Part shown: positions 1 to 11,566 of the stretch, in pieces
Layout of the letters: each line of letters begins with the position of its first letter
Position numbering within the stretch: position 1 is the first letter of the stretch
Assembly: GCA_021613535.1 (NCBI GenBank)
Contig: CP075495.1
Span: 1,116,001 to 1,180,000, forward strand
Origin: Adineta vaga
Taxonomy: Eukaryota; Animalia; Rotifera
Reading direction: 5' to 3'
Length of the DNA: 64,000 nucleotides
Notes under the pieces: model-generated
Databases searched by the model: none
What the model was told of the DNA's origin: nothing
What the model saw: the letters and a program-made list of their open reading frames with translations, nothing else
Translations under genes and position numbers: made by a program

Positions 1-151
1 TGAGGTGATAAGCTTTATTGAGGGAATAATAATGAGATGGAACACATACATACACAAGTAGAAGCACTGCTCTTATATACTATTCGTGATCACATGTACA
101 TGAGTCATGGATTCCTTGACTCATGAGTTATTATGGCTGAAGGCCATGACA
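1..151 (-). mobile_element. Probable LTR end (truncated by the window edge), read on the minus strand
   Basis: Minus strand starts TGTCATG at 151, followed by a TATA-like GTATATAAG (72-80) and AATAAA (14-19), which is the usual LTR order. The other end lies outside the window. Confidence 0.35.
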
Positions 152-453
152 TAGGGATTTATCAGAATTTGTAGATATTCAACCGCGGTTTTGTGCGGTA
201 CTGAAAAGTCTAAATATCGAGCATAGTATTGAAATTCAGTAAATATATGTAAATCTTAATACTAAAACACATCTAAGTTATTAAGAAAGTTATAAGATCT
301 CGATCTTATTGACTAACAAAACAAATTTATGTATTTTTCTGTATCTGAACAATCTACAAGCTTGTTAATACTATCAGAAGTAATCATCTGACTTAACTGT
401 GGCTATAACGTATTCTATATACCCATACTTTCTAAAAATCTGCTAAATCCCTA
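152..453. mobile_element. MITE-like non-autonomous DNA transposon (302 bp, TAGGG-starting TIRs)
   Basis: Left end TAGGGATTTATCAGAATTT (152-170) matches the reverse complement of the right end, TAGGGATTTAGCAGATTTT (435-453), at 17/19. No ORF and no clear TSD. Confidence 0.6.
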
Positions 454-2827
454 GGTATAGTTAATGTCTATTTACATTTCATATTGATCTGGTTTATTTT
501 CTTTGTATAGCTTCACCTTTTTAAATTCTAACTGTTCTAATTTTAGTTGCACTATATTATCATCTAAATTGAAAAATTAATTAAAATATTATCATTTGTT
601 GCCATTTAATAAAAATACTCTATTTTGATTTAAAAATCACATATATCTATACTGTAAAAAAGTGTGGAATAGCCAACAATAAAAGCGTTTATGATGGTCT
701 CATAAACGTAAAAAAAGATTTATGAATTTTCACTGTATAAGGAACTCCGTTTTTATTGTATTTGACGAAGATATAAATCCCTTCTGGATTTATGAATCAC
801 TTCAAAAAACAGAAAAAATGGTTTATTATACGTTGCGAATCGTCAAATCGTTATTTTTATAACGTAGTTTTTTCCAACTTTCTATGTTGTAGGATGATGA
901 TAAATTTAGTTTTAATCGATGAGAAAATGTTTTTATCTCATACTGTGACTTTTAAGTAATAAGTTTTATTTATATAATCTTATTAGAAAAATAACGTTAG
1001 AAAATCCAGTCATGTTTTGAAAATAAACTGATTCAAATAATGGTACTATTCGATATAATATGCAGACCGCGGTTTCTAATAGAGATTTCGCGAATAAAAA
1101 TACCGTAAAAGATGAAGGTTCCCTGATTCCGCAACTAGTTGCCAGCATACCGTGTTTTTTCAAAATCTCGGTTTTCAATGGTGCATACACTGCGGTTTCA
1201 TTCAAGTATATCGTGGTGCGTCTTAATGTCGGTGTAACTTACCGCAGTTAATTGCGTTTTTTTCTACCCATCGTGGTCATTACGAAAAAAACGCGTCTAA
1301 CGGAGGTATCTACTTAAATATTTTTCCGTGGGCAGTTCTTAATCCTATAACGATGAGTTTCTCATCGATGCTTGTAATAAGAAGCTTACGCGACTAAAAA
1401 AGCCTATTGAAACGTTTGCTACAATAGTAAAGGCAACGACTTCATGAACAATGACGAGTGATATTTAATCTCGCGAAATCCTGTGCACATTGTTGTAATG
1501 GTGTCTTTTTTGTAGCACATCTATTATCCCTTTTCAGGATTGAGTCGAGCGAGGGCCAAAGGACCGGTGCGTTACTTGTATGAAAAAGCTCTATTGTTCA
1601 TATGTGATATGTTTTTGACAAATTTCTTAGATTTAATTCAGTTTGATAGACTTTAATATGGTATTATCGAGCAAAATAGCTTTTCAACAGCACACCCCTA
1701 TTTTTTATCTCTTATTTTCATGGAAGATAAGGTTACATAAAATAAATGAAAAGTACTTGAATGTTTGTAGCGAATTATAGATCAAAGATTTAGAAAATTT
1801 GCTTTTATAAGTTTCTGAGAAAAAATGATGTGCATTTTATGTTATCATGAGAAATAGAAAGGAGTATAGAAAAACTAAACAATGACAGTTTAACCTTAGC
1901 GATATTAATAACACCGACCCTCAATGATTGTGTCTAAGCTTTATTCATTGACATGCATGAAGCTCTATCCAGTTCTTTCTCCACTTTTGGTGGCGTTAGC
2001 TATTACAGCAACCGAATTAAATTTAGTTCTGACTAGGAATGTACAGCTTACGCTCATATGCGCGGACATAATTTCACTCAGCATTCCTCTTCATATATAC
2101 AGATGAATAAGAATTCGAGTCATATTCGAACATCTTTGCGGATCAATCTTAAACAGAAAGAAATATCGTTTGTGTATCGATACTTGTTTTATTTCACAAA
2201 TGTAATGTGAAACTGCGCAGAAGTAGCAGTGTTACCAACAACACTCATAGTATTGACCAATGAAATTAAGTTTAAAAATAGACAAGATGGAAGATAGCAA
2301 ACAAATATATCGAAATGTTGGAAGTTTTTTTTAGCAAATCTTGCAATAAAATTGAAGCTTTTAAGAAGAATTATTCATATTTATAAACTATATATAATTT
2401 CTGTTTTGTGTACAGACAAATGTTTTTCTTTTAAAAGATTCGTAGCGGACATTTCTATTCATCTTATTTTACAATAATATTTGGACTAATGTAAAGAAAA
2501 AAAAAAGTTTTCTTCGTTCTGCGCTTAATGGCACAAATAAAATGAATAATAAGACTATTGGAGAATGCAGTTTCTCTCAACCTCCTTTTTTTCCAATTGA
2601 AATGAGAACATAAAAAGGAATGACTCTATCGAAGTGAATAAATATCCAAAGATTCACATGTTCGCCGTCATTCGAAGTTCATTTGATTTCCATCATCCAA
2701 CGATGAATTACGAAATGCATTATATGAATAATATAGAAAGAGTTTTTTAAACTTCCATTTATTGACGATTAATATTATATTTCAGATACCAATCGGCGTG
2801 CATATTATTTTATCTGACAAAAATATT

Positions 2828-3634
2828 ATGGAGTGTAAAAACATGGCAACTATGCGTTTATTCTTGATAGTTCTATTCATAGGGAACTATATAATGAGTG
2901 TTAACAGTCAACAAGGTTATGATTCCACTTGTACATGTGATTCAGTTTCATCTGGTGTTTGTATGAAATACACATGTGCAACAACAGTAAGATCAGTTAG
3001 TTGTTTCTCTGGCTCCAGTCAACTAACTCTCCACGATGGTACACATAAGTCTTTAGCTCAAATTCATATCGGTGATCAAGTTCTTGTCGATCAACATCAC
3101 ACTTTCGAACCAATTTCATCCTTTATTCATTCAAAACAAGATGGTATCTTTAGTTTCTTAGCTATTCAAGTAAAATCAACAAAATCTAATCGAACATCAA
3201 CTATTCATGTCTCACCTAATCATTTAATCTTTGATTATGATTCTGGTAAAGCACTTTTTGCTGGTAAATTTCATATTGGTGATCGACTTCAATTTATTGA
3301 TGAAAATGAACTCGTACCTGCTGAAATAATTGATATTCGATTAACAAAACAAGAAGGATATTATGCACCATTAACAGCATCAGGTAAAATAGTTGTTGAT
3401 GGAATAGTTGCATCAAATTATGCAACAGTAAGTAATCATGAATTAGCTCATCAAGTAATGGGATTATATCGATGGTGGATCGATTTATTTGGTGGATCGA
3501 AATCAAATGAAGAAATACCATGGATGTTACAAATGATGTTAAAACTTGAAGAGATTGTACGAGTTTGTGCAGGTCAAAAGATTTTTAATAATTACAATTA
3601 TGATGGATTATTTGAAGTATCATCATTAGCCTAA
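2828..3634 (+). CDS. Secreted Hint/Hog-domain autoprocessing protein, copy 1 (signal peptide + 31-aa 4-Cys peptide + Hint + SRR-like tail)
   Basis: Intronless ORF with in-frame ATGs at 2828, 2843 and 2852 and a hydrophobic leader [19 protein letters not shown]. Hint block A is S|[22 protein letters not shown] (Cys at 3002), block B is VSPNHLI, and the C-terminal motif is [30 protein letters not shown] and EIPWMLQMM resemble the SRR helices. Confidence 0.9.
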   Translation: MECKNMATMRLFLIVLFIGNYIMSVNSQQGYDSTCTCDSVSSGVCMKYTCATTVRSVSCFSGSSQLTLHDGTHKSLAQIHIGDQVLVDQHHTFEPISSFIHSKQDGIFSFLAIQVKSTKSNRTSTIHVSPNHLIFDYDSGKALFAGKFHIGDRLQFIDENELVPAEIIDIRLTKQEGYYAPLTASGKIVVDGIVASNYATVSNHELAHQVMGLYRWWIDLFGGSKSNEEIPWMLQMMLKLEEIVRVCAGQKIFNNYNYDGLFEVSSLA

Positions 3635-4821
3635 AAACTTTCAGACGATTTTACTTTTTTTTTTTAATATTCTGCTTCATGAATTGACTCTGTGTCTGTT
3701 TATATATTGTCTGTCATCGGTTTTTTCTATATTAATCTCGAAACGTACAGTGTATTTCTCAATAAAGTTTTATCATACTCTTTTAATCGGAAGAAAACAA
3801 TGAATTTTTTTTCTAGATCGAAGAAATTCATATTGCAGAAAAAACAAACTACTACAAATGGTGTTTCTTCCAACATCATTCGCCGATCAATCACAATTGA
3901 AAGTTTGTTTATTTTCTTTCTTTGATTGTGATGGATGCAGAAAATAGAATATATGATCGTAAGAATAATAAAATATCGAATTCGATAGGTAATTAGTCAA
4001 TAAGAAAATGGGAATCTTTGAGAGATTAAGGAGTGGTGTTGAAGATAAATTTATTTTTAGATAAAAATTCGTTTTTATTACGTCTACAGAAATATCTTTT
4101 AATTCAATGAACGTAGCGTTAATTCATTTGTTCATATTAGTTTCAATCAAAGATTATGAATCATCTCGACGTTCTAGTAAATCTGGTACAACAAATATAA
4201 TCGGTTATGAATCAGTTTGTACCTGTGAATCAGTTGTATCAAGTGTTTGTATGAATTATACATGTACAACGAATCAAGAAAGAGCAAGTTGTTTTTCTGG
4301 CTCCAGTCAACTAACTCTCCACGATGGTAAACATCAATCTCTCTCTAACATTCGTATCGGTGATCAAGTTCTTGTCGATCAACATCACACTTTCGAACCA
4401 ATTTCATCCTTTATTCATTCAAAACAAGATGGTATCTTTAGTTTCTTAGCTATTCAAGTAAAATCAACAAAATCTAATCGAACATCAACTATTCATGTCT
4501 CACCTAATCATTTAATCTTTGATTATGATTCTGGTAAAGCACTTTTTGCTGGTAAATTTCATATTGGTGATCGACTTCAATTTATTGATGAAAATGAACT
4601 CGTACCTGCTGAAATAATTGATATTCGATTAACAAAACAAGAAGGATATTATGCACCATTAACAGCATCAGGTAAAATAGTTGTTGATGGAATAGTTGCA
4701 TCAAATTATGCAACAGTAAGTAATCATGAATTAGCTCATCAAGTAATGGGATTATATCGATGGTGGATCGATTTATTTGGTGGATCGAAATCAAATGAAG
4801 AAATACCATGGATGTTACAAA
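3067..4821 (+). repeat. Direct repeat: 3067-3533 matches 4355-4821 (467 bp, offset 1288), no mismatch seen
   Basis: Compared by eye. The antisense ORFs 3294-3521 and 4582-4809 also translate identically. Confidence 0.9.
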
Positions 4822-4895
4822 CGATGTTAGTTATTGAACAAATTATTCGATGGTGTGGTGGACAACAGTTAATTGAAAGCTATATTTCATTATAG
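4107..4895 (+). CDS. Secreted Hint/Hog-domain autoprocessing protein, copy 2
   Basis: Same architecture as copy 1 with the catalytic Cys at 4290. The N-terminal peptide is [21 protein letters not shown]. The signal peptide is weaker. Confidence 0.9.
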   Translation: MNVALIHLFILVSIKDYESSRRSSKSGTTNIIGYESVCTCESVVSSVCMNYTCTTNQERASCFSGSSQLTLHDGKHQSLSNIRIGDQVLVDQHHTFEPISSFIHSKQDGIFSFLAIQVKSTKSNRTSTIHVSPNHLIFDYDSGKALFAGKFHIGDRLQFIDENELVPAEIIDIRLTKQEGYYAPLTASGKIVVDGIVASNYATVSNHELAHQVMGLYRWWIDLFGGSKSNEEIPWMLQTMLVIEQIIRWCGGQQLIESYISL

Positions 4896-5074
4896 ATCAA
4901 GATTTAGATTGGAAATAACTTCGAGTATTCTTATCGTTCGTTTTAATATATTTGCTTTTATCATTGAAAATAAAGAATAATACGATTAAACTCCACGCTT
5001 TTCTATTAAAAAACCAGAAGTAGACTGACAACACTCTTTTTCTGAAGGATGCCTTGCCGGCTGTATTTAAGATC

Positions 5075-6335
5075 TTAGAATGCTAATGAAAAAAATGATC
5101 CTATCATCTTCTGAGCAAAATTTTTCATGTCACGTACAAGATCATCTTCATTTTCATATTGTTCAATAGCTCGACTAGCTTCTTCATTTCCATCTGGATC
5201 TTCTTCAACATAATGGTAATTGACTGAATCATCATTATCCCAATTTTCTTGACCAAAATCATCACTTCCTAATTGACGTACAGTCCATATATCAAAACAA
5301 TAATTTGGATTTGTCATATATTCATAAGGTATGTAACAATAACCATTATCGCCCTGATGAATAAGAAAAGAAAATTTTTATAATATTTTCTAAAGTTTCT
5401 TAGTTTATTTTCTGTACCCAATATTTTCCCCAAGAATTTCGAACAATAAAAGAAGCGGATTGATCACTATAGCCAACAGCTAGAAGCGCATGACTAAGAA
5501 AAAGAAAACGCACATGTCAAATATCAATAAAATGAAAAGAAAAAGTTATATTCAATGATACTAACCTGCCATGGGATTCTCGACTTTGTTCATATTGATC
5601 AGGCATTGGTACAACACCTGATTTAGCTGCTTTATCAAATGATGAGAATAGTTTTATACCAAAAGCAAATGGAAAACCTTGTGCTAAACAAGATTTCATT
5701 TGATGTAGATCTGTATCTAGTCGAAAAGCTTCAGTTATTTTGTAATCATCAGCTGCATGATAAAGATCTTCGTAAGGAGTTACATTGACATTTTCAATAT
5801 CATACGGCCACATAGATTCAGCGCAAACACCATATATTTGTAATGTTTCAATGCCATTCGTCATCGAACAACCCGAATCTGTCAATTCACCTGATTGATT
5901 ATTATGTGCACGAGCATTATAATAGATAAAAAGACGACTAACATCAATTTCATAACCACTCGCTTTTTTTGTTAAATATTCATAGGCACCTTTTCATATT
6001 GATGATTATGATATTTTCAAATCAATTAAAGAAAACTTACCTGCAAGAGTATTAGCAACACTATAGAAAGAAAAAAAACATGCATATAGATTTGATGAAG
6101 AATAGGTGTGAAGTTTCATAGTTTACCAACTGCCAATTTTAGATTGATCTTCAACAGTTGTCATATTGGGTCGTAGATCAACTTTTGGTGGTAATTGATC
6201 ACTAGTATAAATAACATGATCGGCAAATGATTGTCGTAATTCGGCTTTTTGTGGCAAGAAATTCGATTCACGAATACCATTTAAACGACATGCACGAGCT
6301 TCAACACGATTTAATAAAAACGTTTTTCGAGGCAT
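5075..6335 (-). CDS. Papain-family (C1A) cysteine protease without signal peptide or I29 prodomain, acidic C-tail
   Basis: Exons about 6335-6127, 6060-6041, 5989-5566, 5493-5418 and 5353-5075. Motifs VDLR, EDQSKIGSC, SRLFIYYNAR, HALLAVGY, RNSWG and GDNGYCYIPY give an intact Q/C/H/N catalytic set. Confidence 0.9.
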
Positions 6336-8708
6336 TGTATTTATCAGGTTTGAATCTTTCTAAAAGAAAAAAAGAAGGTTTAATATTTGAATATGATCTT
6401 ATTGATGTTAAATCTCACGTTTAATTACGAACTATTGCATAGTATCTCTATATGTACAATTATATACTTACTATGGAATGACGTTATTTGTCGACCAAGA
6501 ACTATCTGTCAAATTCTATTCTTTACTTTCTCGTAATAAAAACACATTTATAATACAAAGAGTGTGATTTTTTTTTCTTCAATCGATTCTTTTGAGCGTT
6601 GCACGATTACTAGTATGGCCTGTGTAGATCTTGTAGAAAAGAAAACAGAACGATCATTTTTATAAAGAAAAATGATGAAGAATACATAGAATGCTTTTAT
6701 TTCTTCAGTTGTCAAGGTAAAAACATTGTGAGTAATGTTATTTGTTTTGTTATAATCAAATCTTAGTTTCTTTATTGTTAACAGCAAAATAACAGACGTC
6801 ATGATAACATGGACTATTGATCTACTTTATATGACGTGAATAATTAAACATATGATAAAATCAAATACGACCTATTTTTTTCTTTACAATATTTTATTAT
6901 GAAAAGGTAATAAAAAGTAAATGGTTATCATTGAATATGTTTGAGCAGAGATGTGTATATGTTATACTTATATAAATCTGAGTGCAAATAATAAAAATAA
7001 TGCCGAGAGTAAATGCAAAACTGAGATAATTTGATCATTTATTCTTCCTTTTTTTCTCCTCTTCTGCTAATAATTATCCTACTTTATGAAGATGCTATCC
7101 GTCTCATGAATATATCTTATATAAGATTCACAAAATCTTCTATTGTAGAAAAACATTCCGCTTCAGAAAGAATATATATGATAATAAAAATTATTCAGAA
7201 TGCTTTCAGATCTAATACAAAGAAAGATAAAATCAAAATAAACAAATATCGTAGCTAATGAATTCATTCATTGAAATCTTCGAGTTGAATGAGTGACTAA
7301 TCTGTAATACCGTTTTCTCTTCCGCCGTCCGACGTGAATCAATTAATAGAATATGAAAGTAAAAAAAAAGAGACGAGATAATCAGGAATGAAAAAAAATG
7401 GAAAAGAAAATACTAGAGAGAGAGCTTCTCTTCTTACAATGTAATTATTCATTTCAAAGAAACGTCTAGATGAGAGTTATCACTGTCGAATAATACATTG
7501 AAATAAAAAATAAACAAGTAGGGAAATACTTTTTTTTTTAAAAAATATTTTCAATCAAGATTAATATTGATAGAACAACAACAATCGATTCTTCATTTAC
7601 TTAGATATTAAATTAAAGGTATTGAAAATATTTTGTCTTTACATTCATATGTGTTATGTCGACATGACTAATTTTTAAAACAACATTTTTCAATTAAAAA
7701 CAAGTTTTTTGTCTATTTTTCTTGCACTAAAGTGAAAGATAAAATTAGTTTTGTTCGTGTCAACAGCTACTAATCATACTTTCATTGACGTATTATAGAA
7801 GTATTACCTAGGCAATAATACGACACATGTTTATATTTAATATGGAATGTGTTGTGTGCAGTGTTCTTTTTGCTTAACACATCTTAAAAAGTGTCATGGA
7901 GCAGACATTGTAGAACTGAATTTCTAGATAGAATCTGTATTGAACATTTGAAAGTATAAGATATCTTGAAATGATAACATGCTATTCTTTATTTAGAAGT
8001 CGTAACAATCATTTGAGATTTAAAAGAAAAAGTCTTTCGTAATTTCTTTACATATAGTATTCATTTATAGAAATAGTATAGCTTCTGATCGACCTGGGAG
8101 TATCAGCAAATCAATATCTCATCGTTAATCGGTATACTTAATTATGTCAACATATATGCACTACTATTATCTCTATCCTTCCTTGCTTTATAGTTATAGT
8201 AGAGTAATTCTTGTAGTATCATTCTTTTTTTCGCAATTTCCAACATCTCACCCGGAAATTCTCGCTCTAATTTGAGAATAATTAATAATTCCTTTCTCTA
8301 AACTCCCCTACTATCTGCATTCATTCACATTCTATACAACACACATCACTTGTAATCTTGTACTTGGTTGTAAAGACTACTCGAGAGACTATAAGGCATT
8401 TTATTGTATAATTCAAATTACTATTAACTGAGTAGAAAAATGAACAAGCCGGTATTACTGGAGTTAAGGATCATCGCTCATGTTATTAACACTATATGAA
8501 CTGATGTGTACATCCTTTTTATTTTGAATGGCATTTTTTTGAGCCTAGAAATTAAGTATGTATTTTCCCTAGTAAAATCCAGAAAGCATTCAAATAGACC
8601 ATTGTATACATGTACTAAGTACTAATTAAACATAATCGGTTGTTTTTTCTCATTACAGTTTCAGATTTGAAAATTAATCCAGTTATATTGTACACAAATT
8701 TCTAAAAG

Positions 8709-9242
8709 ATGCAGAATTCATCGTCAAACGATAAAAACGCTTTGAAAAATCTTTACAATAGTATTTATAATTACCCTTTCGAGTATGAATTTGATAAAAG
8801 TATCGAAGAAATTGAACGACAAGCTGATATTCAATCAAAAGAGGACGAACTCAGTAGTTGTGTTGAATTTGTCTCACAACTTGTCGACTTATTAAAACAT
8901 ACTATTATTATTCCTGAATTACAAAATAAACACGATTGGCATAATGATCATGGACATGAAATAAATCGAAACAAAGGCATTACTGGAAATAGTTTTCTTG
9001 ATGATAGAGTTCAACAAATCGCTATTGAAAAAGGCTTAACAAAGGAACAATGGAAACGTCTTCTTTATTTAAACTTTACTGCAGGTGATACTCTTGAAAT
9101 GATCAATGTTTCTAAAAGTCATCTAAAGAAAGTTCATGATATGGCATTGCGGTTATTCGAAAATGAGGAACAAGAAACTATACTTGCTCTTATCGACGTA
9201 ATCAATAAACATATGCCTGAAAACTATTATGTTGACAGATAG
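8709..9242 (+). CDS. Hypothetical 177-aa helical protein
   Basis: Clean ATG-TAG ORF with protein-like composition in very AT-rich DNA. No recognised motif. Confidence 0.6.
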   Translation: MQNSSSNDKNALKNLYNSIYNYPFEYEFDKSIEEIERQADIQSKEDELSSCVEFVSQLVDLLKHTIIIPELQNKHDWHNDHGHEINRNKGITGNSFLDDRVQQIAIEKGLTKEQWKRLLYLNFTAGDTLEMINVSKSHLKKVHDMALRLFENEEQETILALIDVINKHMPENYYVDR

Positions 9243-10322
9243 AATAGACTCACTCTTATACGTGAGTTAAAAGAACATTTATCCTAAAACAACGAAGATG
9301 ATTATATAGTTTATGCTTTTTGTATTTCTGTTAGATCAAATAGAATTTCTCTTAATACTACGTAGTAAAAATAAAATACGGCGTCATAAGCATATGATGT
9401 ATTCTATGAATTTTAGAAAACTACACAATTTATTAGTATACATTTACAAAAATTAGTTTATGCTGGAAATGAATCACAATGCAATATGGGTATATGATGA
9501 ATGTAGTGTAGGTAAAGCAAGAAAGAGACATCCTTTACACTGAAACTCATACCCATAACCACATTTTCATCCAACTAAAATGACATGAGACCCTGATCGA
9601 TCGTGGAAGAATTTTTCAAGCTTTTAAATAAATAAATAAATAAATAATACACACATTTATAAAAATGTAGATTAACGAAAGTTCTAAGCAAAGATTGAAT
9701 AATTTTGTAATTTGTTTACGTCGTTCAGCGGAATGCACGAAATTGTCTCTTTGACTCTGGAAACATTCTGATAATGTTTATAGAACAAAATATGATCGAA
9801 AGATTTCATATCGAGAAAAAGAAAAGGATTAGAAGAAAAGTAATAAAATTGACTCCGAAGGATATATCTGTAATGACGCCTACAGTTTATCTTATTTTCT
9901 CCTTGACATTCACATGATCATTTTTTTGTCATTAAGAACACTTTGTAATCCCTCATGCTATTTAAAAGAGGTCATTGGAATATTTGACCTTAATAAACAA
10001 TTGTACTGTTTATTTTTAGTGATAACATTTAATTTAATTTAAAAAAAATAGCTTCCTAGAGGAATAAGTAGATCAGGAACTATATCTCTGTTTGAAATAT
10101 ATTCTATGAGTACAAAAGAAAAAGTGCAATGATGCAATTATGTATTCTCTTCTTTTTGACATAAACTGATGAGTTTTATTTTATTTTTCTTTAAAACTAA
10201 ATTAAAAACGGATTATATCGCTAAAAATATAAAAACAATTATTACCATATTGTATCATATAATTCAATATTTCAAGGTTACCGTTCTAAGACCAATCTCA
10301 TGATGAAGTCATTTTAAGTGAA

Positions 10323-10332
10323 GTATATAAAG
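10323..10332 (+). promoter_or_regulatory. Candidate TATA box of the serine protease gene
   Basis: GTATATAAAG about 65 nt upstream of the ATG at 10392. Confidence 0.4.
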
Positions 10333-10391
10333 AATTTCAATTCGAATGAAATATTACATTTCTATCGCAGTAACAATAACATAATATAACA

Positions 10392-11566
10392 ATGTTATTA
10401 GTCGCGACTTTCCTCGTTTTCCTTGCCACTAGTGCATACGGTCAACATCAATTAACAATTCGTGATAATGGAAAATTATGCTCACAATGGATAGCAATCA
10501 GCGGTGGACAAATATCATACATGCCTAATCGAGAATGTGCCGGACAAGTTGGTTTAGAACAAAACGGCATGACTATTCGTATCTGTTGTCCAGCAATGGC
10601 TACGACTACAGCATCGTCTGTTTTTCCACGTGAATGTGGTAAACAACAATATCAACCATCAAAAGCTCGTATCGTTGGAGGAATACATGCCCATCCCAAT
10701 TCATGGGTAAGTAAGATAAAAAAAAAAGTCAAATTGAATTATATTTATTAGAGATTCAACTTATTTATCACTTTTAGCCATGGCAAGTTCGTTTACAACT
10801 TGGTAATGGTCTTTGTGGTGGATCTCTTATTGATTCAAGACACGTTCTTACAGCAGCTCACTGCTTTCAATCACCACTCAGTTTATCAACCTATTATGCT
10901 TTTGTCGGCATGCATGATATCAATAAACCAGTCTATGCTGAACAAAGAATCGGTGTCGAACGAGTTTTTCTCCATGAACAATATAATACAAACACACAAG
11001 AAAATGATGTTGCTATTATTCGTCTAGCAACACCTGTGACAGTATCAGACAAAATTAATTTTATCTGCTTACCAGGTCCCGAAGCCATCGCTGCCAATGA
11101 AACAGTTTGGGTTGGTAAGTAACTATTATCATCATTTCTCCTTTCGAAACGAACAATTTTTCATCTTCATATTTTTAGCTGGTTGGGGTACAACATCATT
11201 TCAAGGTTCAGCAAGTCCAGTCTTGAAACAAACATCATTACATACAATGCCAAATCGTTGTGGACAAATTTATGGTAACTATAACAATCAAAAACAAATG
11301 TGTGCTGGTGCTCATGGAGGTGGTCGTGATACATGTCAAGGAGATTCAGGTGGTCCATTGATGTTTGAATCAAACGGACAATGGTAAATGAGTTATTTTT
11401 CTTTCTTATCTATTTTGTTAAGATTATATTTTGACTTGTTTTTTATAGGTTTTTGAATGGTATCGTTAGTTATGGTCATCAATGTGCAGTTGCAGGATAT
11501 CCTGGTGTATATGCCCGTGTTAGTTATTATCTTCCATGGATCAGAAGTAAAACAGGAATGGCTTAA
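10392..11566 (+). CDS. Secreted trypsin-like S1A serine protease with a small Cys-rich N-terminal domain
   Basis: Exons about 10392-10707, 10779-11114, 11179-11383 and 11449-11566. Signal peptide, R|IVGG activation site, [13 protein letters not shown] and [11 protein letters not shown] (Asp in the S1 pocket). Confidence 0.93.

Noticed and set aside
640-1700. Slightly GC/CpG-richer DNA with transposon-end-like motifs and short ORFs (966-1205, 1060-1251)
   Set aside because: Probably decayed transposon sequence, but I could not pair TIRs, find TSDs or see transposase motifs.
3294-4809. Two identical 75-aa minus-strand ORFs
   Set aside because: They are antisense shadows of the duplicated Hog coding tract.
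2762-4895. Calling the Hint genes true hedgehog or classical inteins
   Set aside because: There is no Hedge (HhN) domain. There is no Cys/Ser/Thr at +1 after the terminal Asn, no interrupted host protein and no endonuclease domain.
8144-8490. Possible solo LTR (TGTCAAC...TTAACA)
   Set aside because: The terminal match is weak, the flanks do not form a TSD, and there is no second copy in the window.
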